Positions 1-14,364 of a stretch of 64,000 nucleotides of DNA are shown here, one piece after another. Source of the stretch: Mytilus trossulus (taxonomy: Eukaryota); contig NC_086380.1 in assembly GCF_036588685.1 (NCBI RefSeq), positions 50,654,001-50,718,000 on the forward strand. The letters run 5' to 3'. Position numbers and translations under genes: made by a program. Position 1 is the stretch's first letter. Every line of letters starts with the position of its first letter. Below the pieces are notes generated by a model. The model saw nothing but the letters and a program-made list of their open reading frames with translations. It did not search any database and was not told where the DNA came from.

Positions 1-2319
1 GTCTTATGAGATTGTAAGTATGTTTTATTTTATCAACTTGCACTTTCACATTTTGTCTGAACAATTTGTTCAATATTCTGACCAGTTGAACAATTTGGTT
101 TAATTAAACAAATTGCAACTTGGTCAAAATTTTGAATGAGTTGCAATTGATTGAGAGCAACACTAACAGTCAAGTCACTGTAACACCAGAAAGAAAAAAA
201 AGTCAGAAACAGTTATTGTCGAATAATTATTTCCTCAACAAAAAAAAATAACAAATTTTATATATATCAAAAAGTCAGTCAATGATTTTATGTTTAGTAA
301 TTCAAAATACAAATGAAATACGTTTTTTATTCTAGCATTTATATTAGAATGTATCATCCACATGAAGGGGCGTAACTTCTAATATCATTCTGACACATTA
401 TACGGATCTTAAGCCGATATGAAAGTTTTGAACGTTGCATTTTATGTTTGGTCTAAATTTGTTCAAAACAGTCTTAACAGACTTGATTTAACGCTAGAAC
501 CTTAAATCTGAATTAAGTTGACATGACTGAACGGACTGAACACAACATATTTGAACAGCGCTTAAAATCTGAAAAGTCTTAACGTTTTTTTCCCTAGCGG
601 TAAATTAAGCCGATCTTGATCAGACCAAAATGACCGTTTCAGACTTAAATCTGTCTACTTGTATTAGGTATAAAAAATGTTATTGTTAAAACAAATTCTG
701 TAAAAACCACTTTTGAAAAATATCAGAAGATACCAAAGGGATTATAAACAATTTAAGAAAAATCGACAATATAATGGATATAATTTCAAAAAAAGACAAC
801 TTAACAACCACTGCATATAATCTTTTGACTAAACAAAACGAATGTCTACACAAACCAGGGGTTTCTCTATATTGCAGTCAAAAAAGTGGTTAAAACAGAT
901 GATGAATATGAACATTGTAACTATACATTTTGCACGAGAAAGACAAATTCATCTACCTTTGATAAGGTAAGTTTGTCACTGTAATCTTACTTTATATATA
1001 ACACATTTAAGATCAGTTTTACGAAATAAAAAAGTTTGAAAACGTCTTGCAGTAGAATTGTATCCATCCAGATAACTTCATATTCCTGGATATAATATTA
1101 TCAGACATATATTATTAAAAAATGAATGCGCTTATTTACCTGTATATCTTGAAATAATTCTCGCTTAGATTTAAAAAAAAAACTTCTACTCTATTACAAA
1201 CCATGTGTTATTTGGTCCTAGACAAACAGAACGAACCCACATGAAAAGCAAAAAAAATACTGTAATTATAATATACATCTTACATCATCTTACAGAAAAG
1301 TAATATAATGAGAGTCATTTCATCTGTGTCCTGTTTGTATTTTAAAGTTTCTGTTTCACTCCAATGAAGTTGAAAAGAGGAATACTTTAGCATGCTGTCT
1401 CAAGAAAAAAAGAATTTTGGGATTGATTTAGATCGCTTATTTCTCTATCAGTTTTCTTAAATTGGGTTTAAATCAAAACTTTATACTTCTTTTGGGTTCT
1501 TTAATACGCTAAAATTTCAAACTGATCTATATTGAGGTCAAATTGGTCTAAAGTTAGGCTTTGTTTCAATTCATCAAAAAATGAATTGTTAGGATTCTTT
1601 GATGTGCCAAATGTAACTGTATATTTAACATCTTAAGTGTGGGCCATGTTTCTAAATTCGTCCACATTAGGGTCCTAAGGGTTCAAATAAAACTTTGTTT
1701 GAATTCATAAAAAAAAATTATTGGGTTCTTTGATATGCCTATTCAAAACCTCATTTTTATATTTTAGTACACCTGCAAACATTTTTTTCGGTCGTATATT
1801 GGTATCATGTCGTCAAAAGACATTTTGTTTCCAGACAATAATATTAGTTTAAATGAAAGGATCTTTATGCAATATAAAACACAAGGTTTAAGCCCAAAAG
1901 GAAGGTTGGGATTGATTTAGGTAGTTATGGTCCCAACTGTTAAGAATTAAAGGACTTAAAAGGGGTCCAAGTAAGCATTTTTCTAGTTTCCATACAATAT
2001 CTTGTGTGTGAGTGCATTGATTTTTCTGAAAGTGTATCACAAGGTTCCATACCAAAAAGGAAGGTTGGAATTGATTTCGGTGGTTAAGGAATAAGGTACC
2101 AAAAACAATATTTTTATAACTTGCTTATTTGTTGACCAATTTTAATGGCTTTTATTTTTGATTTTTTGGGGTTCTTTGATACCCCGAATCTATCCGTGTA
2201 TTTATTGGTCTACATTACGGTCCAAAGGGTTTAAAATAAACTTAGTTTGATTTACCAAAAAATAAATTATTGGAGTTCTTTGATATGCTGATTCTTAATA
2301 TATTTTTTTATGTTTATGG

Positions 2320-2700
2320 ACTCGCCGTAGCGGAGGGGGCAATACGTTTTACCCTTGTCCGTCTGTCCGTCTGTACGCCCCAAATGTTGTTTCAGTTCTA
2401 TAACGTTAGTTTGTTTCAACCAAATGTTATGAAACTTATACACAATGCCTATAACTAATACAGATCAGGTTGGAATTTTGGTGGCGCCACTTTTACCGTT
2501 ATAGAGTAATGCCCCTTTACAAATGAAACAAATTGCTAAATTTGTTGTTTCCGTTCTCTAACTTAAGTTTGCCTCAACCAAATGTTATGAAACTGACACA
2601 CAATGCTTAATACTATAATTTTCAGATCAAGCTTGAATTTTGGTGCCGTCACTTTTTTTTTCTAGAGTTATGCCCTTTTACATGGAAAAATTGCTGAAAA
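2320..2700. mobile_element. Non-autonomous Helentron-associated (HINE-like) repeat with internal tandem units
   Basis: GTCC/CCGT microsatellite at about 2357-2375, followed by two copies of an internal unit (caaccaaatgttatgaaact...cagatca...gaattttggtg...gccc). Confidence 0.5.
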
Positions 2701-2749
2701 ATTTCAAAAATATCAATCAAGTATATTTTTTTTTAAATTGGAGTTATCT

Positions 2750-3436
2750 TATAAAATTGAGAATGGAAATGGGGAATGTGTCAAAGAGACAACAACCCGA
2801 CCAAAATAAAAAAAACACAACAGCAAAAGGTCACCAACAGGTCTTCAATGTAGCGAGAAATTCCCGCACCCGGAGGCGTCCTTCAGCTGGCCCCTAAACA
2901 AATATATACTGGTTCAGTGATAATGAACGCCATACTAATTTCCAAATTGTACACAAGAAACTAAAATTAAAATAATACAAGACTAACAAAGGCCAGAGGC
3001 TCCTGACTTGGGACAGGCGCAAAAATGCGGCGGGGTTAAACATGTTTGTGAGATCTCAACCCTCCCCCTATACCTCTAACCAGTGTAGAAAAGTAAAAGC
3101 ATAACAATACGCACATTAAAATTCAGTTCAAGAGAAGTCCGAGTCTGATGTCAGAAGATGTAACCAAAGAAAATAAACAAAATAACAATAATACATAAAT
3201 AACAACAGACTACTAGCAGTTAACTGACATGCCAGCTCCAGACTTCAATTAAACTGACTGAAAGATTATGATTTCATCATATGAACATCAGGCACAATCC
3301 TTCCCGTAAGGGGTTTAGTATCATACCATCATAACATATATGAGAAGAACATAACCCGTGTCATGCCAACAACTGTTTTTAGAATAAATGTGTTTAGTTC
3401 CGACGCAAAGACCTTATCAGTGACTCGATATTAACG
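2750..3436. repeat. High-copy mytilid interspersed repeat (probable retroelement untranslated end)
   Basis: Starts ataaaattgagaatggaaatggggaatgtgtc; shares ggctcctgacttgggac with the reverse-oriented fragment at about 41915-41940; family recognised from memory only. Confidence 0.5.
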
Positions 3437-3559
3437 TCCTTTGTCCGTGATTATATTTGAATCAACAACAATCAATGCTTTTTTTAAATCTTTTTTGAAT
3501 GCTTTATACAATGCAATATTCAATGTTACTACCAACGAATAAATAAAAGCAACGATATG

Positions 3560-3930
3560 CCATTGCTAAAAAATAAAAAAGACAAAACAGACAAATAATA
3601 GAACAACATAGAAAACTAAAGACTAAGCAACACGAACCCAACCAAAACTGGGAGTGATCGCAGGTGCTCCGGAAAGGAAAGTAGATCCTGCTCCACATAT
3701 GGCACCCGTTGTGTTGCACATGTTATTAAAAACCCGGTAAATAGTCTTTTTCGGTAGGTTACATTCGTGAAAAGGGAACGGGATGTTAGTTACGACATAA
3801 GGAACAGATCCGATATCATCTTTGAAGCGGATATTTCATAATGGGCAACAAAGGAATGATTTCAACCACCATTCGGAACTCTTGGTTTAATAGCTTCCTT
3901 GTGAGAATCAACCATCTTACATGGAAAGCA
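3560..3930 (-). mobile_element. Penelope-like retroelement 3' fragment (RT tail plus 3' UTR)
   Basis: Reverse-complement match to 36780-37170 (LTRKLLNQEF coding; gtggagcaggatct...ccttccggagcacctg...gggttcgtgttg). Confidence 0.75.
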
Positions 3931-4315
3931 GATTCTAATGCAATTAGTTTGTGACGATAATTGTCATTGGACGTTGACAAATATTTTGAGGGGTTACATT
4001 CCACGTTCTACCAGTCCGTAAATAAGAAAGCAACCATTTTGCATTTCAATTTTTTTGGGGTATGTTATTCCTCAAAAATAGTCACATTTTAAGCCTCAAA
4101 TTCTTCTGTGTGTCCATAATTTAACCATTCTGAAGCGTACGACATCCAGATATACATATGACCAGACGTCACATTGCTTAGATGCTAAAGACGATGCAAC
4201 AGTTTTGCGGACTTTTTCATTTATGCCTTTTTTTACCAAAATATTTATTAAATTTATTAAATCAAGCTGATGTGTATTACATCTCATTTTAGACACTAAA
4301 ATGTAATATGGAAAC

Positions 4316-4470
4316 GCTGTACATGTAGTTTATCAAATCTCATTTTTTATAAAAGCATATAATCAGGACAAGCTTTAGTTTATCAAATCTCATTCTAGAG
4401 AATAGAATACAATAAGGAAAAGCTGTAGTTTATCAGATTTCATTCAGGATAATAGTTTATAACTCTGGAA
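4316..4470. repeat. Degenerate ~51-bp tandem repeat, about 3 copies
   Basis: gct(g/t)tagtttatca(a/g)at(c/t)tcatt recurs at about 4316, 4373 and 4422. Confidence 0.7.
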
Positions 4471-4548
4471 AGCTGTTGCAATAGTGAGATTATCAAACTG
4501 TGGAAATGTTCAAGTGTGTACAGTCCTGGTACGAAAAATATTACATAC

Positions 4549-4650
4549 CTTATTTGCACAGTTTACATCTATATCTGTTCTTTCTAATAAAAGTTTGACT
4601 ACGTCAACATTTCCCCATTCAACAGCTGAGTGTAAGGTAGATTCGCCTCT
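4549..4650 (-). CDS. Ankyrin-repeat exon (RGESTLHSAVEWGNVDVVKLLLERTDIDVNCANK)
   Basis: Manual translation; ttttcAG/GTATG boundaries; 102 nt, phase 0. The downstream terminal exon was not resolved. Confidence 0.9.
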
Positions 4651-6490
4651 CTGAAAACAAAAGTACATTAATCACAGAGATAGTCGAAGGTATAGATATG
4701 AACAACTTTTTAGAAAAAAGTGTAATACAAAAATAAGAAATACTAGCCAACAGTACGCGAAATCAACTTATTTGGGTACCGTGTTTGCAGAAAAGTCTCA
4801 TGATGTAACATGTGTAATGTTCACACATTTTTTGTAGTAGCATATGGACGTAGAAAATTATCAACTGTATAAGAATAATTCGATTAGAAAGTTACTATGA
4901 AATAACAATACTCGCGATAAACTAATGAATTTAGAGACAATAAACAAACGCAGCAGAAACTACATTTTCAGCAAGTTTATAAATTTGTAAAGAATAGGAA
5001 AGTGTTGTCGATTCCCATCTTTATATACAAATGAAATGTGTGTTCAATTGACAATCGGAAGTTCAATGAAGTCAAGTTCAACAAAGCCGGTAAAATGGAT
5101 AAACAGCATTGGAAAACCAATTACAATTTAAATATAACTGCAAAAAACACGACCAGCCAGAGTTAAATACTTGTGTTTTAGTTTTCAATACTCACAACCA
5201 CCTACTACCTTGGTTTGCTCACAATACAATTCGTTGGTAAGTGTACATTATTTAATCAACTGTAAATGTACAGTGTATTGCGGTACTTATTTTGTAAGTA
5301 TTTTTGGTGGGGTTATTGTTGCTTTTACTTCAGTTTTCTATGATGTGTCTTTTATACTAATATTTGTCTGTTTTTCTTTATTTTTGTAACCATGGTGTTG
5401 TCAGTTTATTTTAGATTTATGAGTTTTACTTTAGCTCTGGTATATTGTCCCTCTTTTGTAACAGTTCCAACTCTGAAATAACTTGTTTTTAATATAAATC
5501 GACAACAAAAACGCACCGAAAAGGTTGCCACAGTTATAATATGACTGATGAACTGCTGAAAAATTGGTACAGTCTTAAATTCATGTTGTAATGCAAAGAA
5601 ACGTCGAAACAGTAACAAATAAATTATTAAAATGCCGAATATGTTGATACATGTATGATTTGTAACCTTTCAACTATTAGAAAATGCTAACAGTTAAATT
5701 ATTATGTTTTCAATTCCCAATCGTTATCAGTTTAACATTAATGACACCTTAAGCAACATTAAAGAATTGTTAAAAAACGACACAACCACCTACTACATTT
5801 TACATTGGTTTGAAACTGCTTGAAAAAAGCATGCTATATTATGATATATGCCACTGGACGTTTTTCATTCCGTTGTTAATGTGTTGAGTGATTATTTTTT
5901 TTTTATGTATATTCAGCACTTGATGCACTATTGAACAACAATTTCAAATGGGTGTCATAATTTTCCAGATTTATTCTTAGTATTTATTTCCTTTGTTTTC
6001 TATAAGATGTTTGTTAATTTCAGCTGCTCGCACCTTAAAACCTAGGTAAAGTACCCGCAATTTCTATTTTTTATGTGTATTTATATACGCATATATATGC
6101 AGAGTAGTTCATTCAGGCAAGTTGTCTTATTTGAATACCTACACATATAAATGATTGTGTATAGTCGGTTGTATCGATAATAGATATTACATCAAATAAA
6201 GAAAGAACTTACAACGTTCGATTACGATGAACCCTAGGTTGTTTTCGTCGGCAACATAGGGTTATTTAACAGATTGGTATGCATAAAATAATGTAAATGT
6301 TAAAAAAAAATCTCGAAAATCTCATAGTTACAAAACTTAAATCTAAGCTGGGAAATCGGAAGTAGTAAGAGAATAGTGGTATAGGTTTAATAAAAAAAAA
6401 CATGTCTATGTGATAATGGTTGCGCAAGATGAATATTAGCAATTCAAACAGTTTAAATTGACACCCATTAAAATAAGAAGTACCGCATAC

Positions 6491-6592
6491 CTTATTCTTT
6501 TGATTTGGGTCTATTCCTGAGATTTTTAATAGCAATTGGACAATTTCAAATTGTCCTCTTCTAGCAGCTATGTGTAAAACAGTGTCCCCATC
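6491..6592 (-). CDS. Ankyrin-repeat exon (DGDTVLHIAARRGQFEIVQLLLKISGIDPNQKNK)
   Basis: Ankyrin consensus; CAG/GTATG boundaries; 102 nt, phase 0. Confidence 0.92.
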
Positions 6593-7039
6593 CTGAAACA
6601 TAAAGATTGAATTATATTCAGTAATTACGCATAAGACTGATTGATATTCAGTTTAATACCAATATTTAATTACTGGTTAGTTACAGATACAACTAATGTA
6701 TGCGATCTAAACAAAATATGTCATTAAATAAGTAATGTGTAAAAGTTATGTTGCAAACTCTTTGTGGAAGTTAAATTTGATGTTTGCTGATTAAATATTA
6801 TTCCACCTGACTCGATTTTTCAATTATATCCGTGTTTGTCTCTATAAAACAACCATTCCCAAAAGCAAACGGGTTAGAAAAAATCAGACGATTGGAAAGC
6901 CTCAGCATAACTTTACTTCTTCTTTTTTCTCGGAGTAGTAAGTTTATTGTAGGATGGGTACACACAAATCAATGTGAAAATGAGTTTGATAGTTGTCTAA
7001 GCCGATTGTTCCACGACTGAGAAGTAGTACATTTCATAC

Positions 7040-7141
7040 CTTATATGTTCTTGTTGGATCTATTGTTGTTCTTGCTAATAATAATTTTATTATTTTGAAT
7101 AGTTCTGTTTCTACAGCCAAGTCAAATGGAGTGTTCCCATC
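7040..7141 (-). CDS. Ankyrin-repeat exon (DGNTPFDLAVETELFKIIKLLLARTTIDPTRTYK)
   Basis: Manual translation; TAG/GTATG boundaries; 102 nt, phase 0; absent from the ORF track. Confidence 0.88.
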
Positions 7142-8863
7142 CTAAAGAAGAATGTACGAGTATATATAAATAATGTTGTAAACCATTTTAATAACAAAAG
7201 GTAAATCACACAATAATTTAATTCAGAAAAACAAAGAAATTTTAAAATGATATCTCTTTAGTTAATGAAGTCTTGTTCGATCAGACATGTGTAATACATT
7301 CACAACCGATATGAGTGCCTGGAGATAATCATTAACTCTCGACATGAGTATATGTCCATAAAGATTGATATCGAGCGCACAGTCTCAGTGTTGATTGGCT
7401 AGTGATTCAGTGGATGATTTTTCTAAACTATCGCCAACCGAGGCCACAGAAAGAACTCATATAAGTACGTTGTGTATGTATATATGCGTATTACGGTTTA
7501 ACTTGTTGAATTGTGTTACTTTTTTTTTATATTCAATACTTGAAAAAAAAGACACAAAATTGGAAATTGCATTGTCTCTTTTGTTTTGCCATTAACCTTT
7601 GCAATCTTTGTTATTTTAGTAACGTTTCCGCTCTATTTATTCCTTGATTCGGCTAAATGTTTTTTTTAATACATTGACACAGTTTTATGAAGTATGCTTT
7701 TTAATTATAGCTAAACTAATTATGAAAGTGCTATGCATATAATTTTCAAAGACTTTCAAATCCATTAATTCATCGCCAAATTCTAAAGTTGATGACTACT
7801 GTTTTTTTACATTGTAGTTCCTCTGATAAAGTGTATTGGCATTATACTATAGGGAAAATGTAAAATTACAGGTGTGTAAACTCAATTCTTCCTGAACATG
7901 TTCTAAATTCACTGCAGCATTACATTGACCAATGGACTTCTTTCACGGGAGACTTTCAATGATAACGCTATAACGATACGTGTGAATATTTTTTGTCAAT
8001 CTACTTTGCCTAAACAAATGTATATCAAGCCTGATGTGACAACAAATCAGGATACACACGCTGTATAAGTAGATATACAAACACAACAACGTTGATTCAT
8101 TTTATTCTGATTTATTTGTTGTTTCGGATCAGAAAGGATAAGAAGATTGTGTTGTATGAAACGGACGGTATTACATTTTTTAAGTTACTTCTTCTTATGA
8201 TATTAGATTGATGTTTGACGTCCTGTTGTAAATATGAAATTAACATCCGAAGTACATCTTCCTGTGATTTGAATACAGACTGCAATGACATGGGGAGCCG
8301 TATTTTTTACATGCTAGTTTATCCTAATCAGATCGCTTCGAGGCACAAAACAACGAACAGTTAGTCATGTCTTCCTAGACAAAAAGTATCGACAGGTTGT
8401 TGGCCCTTAATGTTACCATATTGACAGTTTGTGGAATAATGATGACTCATAACTGTATAGTAATACATCTTAAGTAATGTTTTCATTAGTATAAACCAAA
8501 ACTACTGTTAATACCGATAAAGATAATTTTTTAAAGATTACCTTATAACTATTTAAGAACTAGCGTATTCAAAGGATCTTTAAGTTTACTTCGGTCGTTT
8601 CTCAAATCCAAAATTCTATAAACAACATCACCACAAACATAAGGATATGATATCCCGTTTAAAATTAGGTACAGCCAAATCAATGTATCTTTGAAAGTAT
8701 CTATACAAGAATTCAGTAATGTATGTCAACAAAATCCATGACTTACTAGCTATAATTATACATTGCGTTATTGTTCACATTTACAGTAAACATGTCATTA
8801 TGGTGAATGGCTAAAGATCCCACGTGACTCAAGTGCCAATTAGGACGAAATATTATCACATAC

Positions 8864-8965
8864 CACATTTTGCGCATTAAAGTCTGCATCTAGTGTTTCT
8901 AATATCAATTCAACATGTGCGGTGAGTCCTGCAGAAGCAGCAATATGTAATGGGGTCCATCCATC
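8864..8965 (-). CDS. Ankyrin-repeat exon (DGWTPLHIAASAGLTAHVELILETLDADFNAQNV)
   Basis: G-TPLH-AA consensus; CAG/GTATG boundaries; 102 nt, phase 0. Confidence 0.92.
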
Positions 8966-10431
8966 CTGGAATTTTAAGATTGCAATGTTAGTTAAATTCT
9001 TCAATGATGATTCAAAATTTGCAATCGAAATTTGTATGGCCAAATTAGAGGCAACAATAGTTTATCCTAGGGAAATCTCATCAATCCATCCAGAGCATGT
9101 AAATCAACGGGAAAACAACTATCGGTATGGCGAGAACTACAAAAAAGACCGACTGCTGCGCTTCGACAGGGTAAGCGTCTTTTGTTTTGAATACATTACC
9201 TAACCTCAGTTTAAAAGTAACAGTAGGGAATCATTCAGAAATGGTAAATTTACAGATGCTTATCATGAAAGCGATTAAGATTGTTCTTAATTTCCCAATT
9301 TATATACATAATATCTTAACCAGTGACCCTGTCGTCTTTCTCCGGTTCTAGTAAAATCAACACGTCGACATGACTCATAAATTTGGAAAACGCGAAGATA
9401 CTATTAATTTGAAAGGTAAAACATGCCGTGGACATGTATGAAAAATATATTACACAATGGTCCACCAAACAATCAAGGCTTCAAAAACCTTTTGAAGAGT
9501 CAACTTACAACATCTTGAAGAAACTTATAATGAAAACAAATGAGTAGAATAAATAAAATTTAATAGTAGTTTACCAATGTTCATATCCAACAAAGTCGTT
9601 ATCAATATACAAAGAAAAGTATTAAAACTAAGAAACTTCTCTGAACCTAAAATCGAGAGGGAACACTTGCGTCGTCATATGTAAACGTCTCATTTGCAAG
9701 CATCACCCAGCAGGTGAATTAAGATTCAATCAAAATTTCAATACTATTGAGGATACAAATTTACTTCACCAGATGCATATAAGACAATAGTATAGTTGAT
9801 ATGACAAAATCGGGTTATTTTTTTTAAATCGGACAACCAGTCTGGTATCTTATGATTCGAGCCACAAAAAACATGTGTCAGGACATCAGGAAGTCGACAC
9901 ATCGCTAAGTCAACAAATTCGTGATTGTGGAAAATCACGTGAACTGTTGGTATTCACCATTCATCCTCATTACTCTGCAGGAGACGATTTTGTTCCAGAA
10001 GCACTTTCCTATTATTAAAGTTAATTTAATATAAAAATTAATGCGTTTCCCGTATAAAATGAACAGTGGTCGCCATACGAGCGGGAAGAGGGTAGGTTTC
10101 TACCAAGAAAGGTAAAATTAAATCGTCATCTTACGAAATATTAATCATGATTCTATATTTCAAAGTTTTTAAATGTTCAAATACAAGTATATCGACATTT
10201 CTCAACAAGTTGCAGTGAAAAAAAAAATCGACAATATCATGGAAAGAAACAAAACACGACAAAAGACTTTACATTACATAGGACTCGTTAGACGGAACAA
10301 CAAGAACACAAATATAGGATTATAGATGAACACCTGTTTGTATAAATGAAGACTAATACGTGTTATAATTATTTTTCATCTCACAATGCAGTTTCACTTA
10401 TTAATAAAGCTGTCTACGATATTATCCTCAC

Positions 10432-10518
10432 CCAGTCACATCCGTTAATATCTGCACCTCCGGCAAGACTATCCTTGACGTTTTCTAAATCCTTAAATGT
10501 AATGGCTTCTCGGAGAAT
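10432..10518 (-). CDS. Ankyrin-repeat gene exon (ILREAITFKDLENVKDSLAGGADINGCDW)
   Basis: ccttccAG acceptor, GTGAG donor, 87 nt, phase 0-0; GADIN ankyrin cap motif. Confidence 0.8.
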
Positions 10519-10927
10519 CTGGAAGGTTAATAAATAAATATTGTTCTGAATAATGGTTAATATAAGATTCTCTGATTTTTTCTGAATTTTAGAAAAAAAC
10601 TTTGAAATTCTAAAAACAGGAATATAACAACAGACTTATATATATGTTGTTGTATTAAGAAGCAAAATTGTGTGTGAGTGTGTGTGTTTTTTTTTTATTA
10701 TTATTTTTCTTTTTAAATCAAATCAGGAACACACTGACATTTCCAAAAAAAGGTTTCATATAGTGCTATTATACTGCAAATGCCCATAGGTCGAAACCCT
10801 CCTTGTGACTTAACTGTAAGAACACAAATATTATTTTCACTTTTCGTATTTTACACAAAAATATTCGCAAAATATAGAAAGTAGAATAATAACAAAATTA
10901 ACAAATATTTTAGGTTTTTACACATAC

Positions 10928-10963
10928 CATCAGTTTCTGGTTTATTATTAACAACGCATACAT
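10928..10963 (-). CDS. Ankyrin-repeat gene, putative first coding exon (MYALLIINQKLM)
   Basis: ATG at 10963 is open to a GTATGT donor in phase 0, compatible with the next exon. Confidence 0.5.
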
Positions 10964-12579
10964 ATTTTAGACCATGTTTGACTAACGGCAAAATGTGTTG
11001 AATTCACTAAAACGTTAGGAGTGTTGGGATAAAGGATTTAAATTCGTCATCATGGATTATTGTAATTACTATACTAAATATAGACCTCCTTATAAACTGA
11101 TGTTGCCAGATGCGTTCGGTCGTCTATATGGCAACATGTAGTGCATCAACTACTTTTGTACAATTGATCTAAAGTTTATAGATGTGACCATGTATGATGA
11201 AATAAATCGTCCGATCTGTCGTGCAACCATTTCCTATTTACTGATGCTGATTTATTTCTATATCAACATGATCCAGTTACCTTCTTTTTTTTTTAAATTA
11301 TTCTAATTTCGTTATCTTGCATATTCATATGAATGGTATCATGTAACTTATGTCAAGGTCTGTCATGAAACAATTTCCTGTGCGTCAATACTTTAAAAGT
11401 ATCATTTATTAACGCCTTAAGAAGAACAATCATGCTATTAAATATTTAACAGTTCAGCCTTTAGAAGTTGTTAATAAGCAGCTTGGGAAATCTAATTCAA
11501 AGTTTGTACGATCACAGGAAATAATTGAATTACATTGGATTAAACAAATATTAATTAATGATAATTAATGTAGAATCATGAGAATTGGTAATCAATCAAG
11601 AACATATTATGTTAACATTTTGAATGAAGTTTCTTAAACTGTTCGTAAAAACCGTTCTCATTGACGTAGAATAATTCGCAATCAAAGAAAATTTTGTACC
11701 AACAATACAAATATAACGGACCTAATTTCTATTTTAAAAGACAACGGCAGATTTTATCTGTTAAACAATCTCTTTTTTACTTGTTAATAATATACATACA
11801 AATAAAGCGAATTGCAACACAATTCCATATTGCAGTCCTAAGTATACAATGGTTCAAATTATAATTGCATATTCATGATATTGTTATTCCAAACTGTTTC
11901 CCAAATTTGAAGATCATAAAAACATTTTACTAGAACCAAATATGTCAATAAAGGTTTTGATTTTGTTAATAGTGCCAGTAAAATTGATAATCATTCTGTT
12001 AAAGAACAAATTCCGGGATATTTTGATAATTCTTAACTCCCTCTTATTTGTTATGTTTAACAAAAATCAACATGTAAATATGCGTTTAATTATAGCGAGT
12101 GTGGAAAGATGTAAATATCAGTGCCAATACACCATTGTACACCTACATCATGAAATTTCAATAATTCTCAATACACGAGACCTTTATTTCGTTCGTGACC
12201 GAGAGTTGAAATCATTCCTCAACAAAGAACCTAATTGCTGCACTTTGTAAATACAGCTGTTTTGGGGGAGACATATAATATTCATAGATAATTAATTTTC
12301 ATATCCATATCGGTCAAATTGAAATCTGTGGGAAACCTATAGTCAAGGATGGGGTAATACAGGAATTTGGTGTAAGTTTAAACAGTTAGGAGTTTGGGGC
12401 ATGTAAACGTTAAAAATATGCCTCACAGCCCTATATTTGTACCTTTAAAAAAATGAAGTGCATATGAACTTTTCATTCTAGGATTCATTTTTTCACAACT
12501 TCATAGTAAAAGTAGTACAGCTTTAACCGAAACAGGAGTTCCTATGGGAAATTGCATTGTCAATATTTACAGAAATGAA

Positions 12580-12985
12580 ACCTAAATATCGTTCCCTGTC
12601 AATTATTTATTGGAAAGAGTGTCGGAAAATCACCCACGACACTCTCCGTACTTACTACTCGAAATGGATAAAACGCGAAAATGATGACAAAAAATCCTTA
12701 GATTCTTTTTTTAATTCAGTAGCGAACATATTTGATATACTATACAACATTTGAAAGAACCTTTTACCTCTAACAATAACCATAATAACCATAATTTTCG
12801 TATCAAACATAAGCTTAAAGAACTCGCCAAGGAATTTTGTTTTGTCGCGGCTGATAAGGCTGCTTATGATATCAGTATTGTTCTACGTTAATTTTACATT
12901 GAGGTTCTGCAAAAGACAATCACGAATTCACCAACATTTCAACTGTTTCCATTTTTGGAAAATGACATCTATAACAAACATTAAC
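12580..12985 (+). pseudogene. Degenerate Penelope-like RT N-terminal fragment
   Basis: Translates as KHKLKELAKEFCFVAADKAAYDISIVLR*FYIEVLQKTI; the ADKA motif precedes the RT core in Penelope-like elements. Confidence 0.55.
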
Positions 12986-13471
12986 AAATAAAGAAATAAT
13001 TCATGGAAGCCTTAGATTTGTTGGATATGTACACATGAATTGCTAACGTCACGTACATTTATACACAAACATGGTTTCTATTATAATATTTAAATTTATA
13101 GCATGACAGGTACAGGTCTCTGAGCTTTTTTAAGCTACAGGTTGTGCTAAAGCATCAAATTTTGTAGGAATTATACATGAAAAAAACACATATGTGTGTA
13201 CACGCTGAAACGAAACCAAATTACAGACGTTGAAATAATTAGATAGCATTCATAATGTGATTTCAGAAAGAAAAAAGTACATAAGGGTTACCGTACTTGA
13301 GATTTTGCTACATACAAATCGGTAAATCACTGTACATTCTGTGTAACATTAAATTATATGAACTGTCTTCAAAAAAATAAAACACAGTTTTAAAGACTGA
13401 ATTACGAAATGGTATTATTTTTTTCATAAATCTTTGTAATGGTACGAAATGGTACACATTTAAATATTCCT

Positions 13472-13586
13472 TGAGGTACGAAATGCCATACATAAATATA
13501 TCCCATGAGGTACGAAATGCCATTCATAAATATATCCTATGAGGTACGCAACGCCATACATTAATATATTCCATGAGGTACGAAAT
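13472..13586. repeat. 34-bp minisatellite (tgaggtacgaaatgccatacataaatatatccca), about 3.4 copies
   Basis: Direct reading. Confidence 0.85.
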
Positions 13587-13991
13587 AGTAAAGTTACAAA
13601 ATGGTCAGGGTAAGGAATTGTTTCTGTAAGGGTACAAAATGGGGTACAACATAATTCAACAATAAATAAGCTGAGAAGTTAGATCAATTATCGAGCCCAT
13701 ATTTTAAATTATAAAATGCCCACTCTCTGTATATTTTCGGTACGTTTCTATATAGGTTGACCAATTCCTATTGATGTTTAATATTTCATCAGTCGTTAAA
13801 ATATATCGGTTAAATTTATCAAATTCATATACGTCAAAGTTCAGCGGTTTAATTCTATTAGTGATTGCCCTTCTCCAGAGTAGCTTTAGTCCCTGTGATG
13901 AAATGTAATCTATTGGCTAATGTTTACCAAATGATGTGAATTACAAATAGAAAATACCATCTGGCAAGTAAAATCATATTTCCAAGAAATA

Positions 13992-14155
13992 ATACACCTT
14001 ATCGCTATTCCCGGCTGACCCTGCCGCTTGAACTTTTGACGAATACAACAATCACTTTTTCATTGTGGCGTCAGATATTTTGTTTTATGACGTCATAATT
14101 TTACGGGAACCTGTGTGATATTCAGTAATGGCGGACAAATAGCGATAAGGTGTAT
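13992..14155. mobile_element. MITE with 18-bp TIRs (atacaccttatcgctatt) and probable TA TSD
   Basis: Perfect inverted termini. Confidence 0.85.
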
Positions 14156-14364
14156 TAAAAGATAAATGCTACGACAGATGTTTACTTCTAAAAAATCTTA
14201 TTTTTTTTTGGCCATTTAACAACGGTTATCTTGGATCATGACGTAATTTTTTATGAAATTTGAATCGACGTTTTATTGAAATGTTGATAGATAACAAAGA
14301 CGTCTGAATAACAAATGCATGTGTTAGCTTTCTAATTACTCGCAAAAAAGGTTTCACCTTTTTT

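Noticed and set aside
34-180. ~48-codon minus-strand frame after an acceptor-like site, as a terminal exon of the ankyrin gene
   Set aside because: Phase does not match the phase-0 ankyrin exons, and there is no recognisable motif
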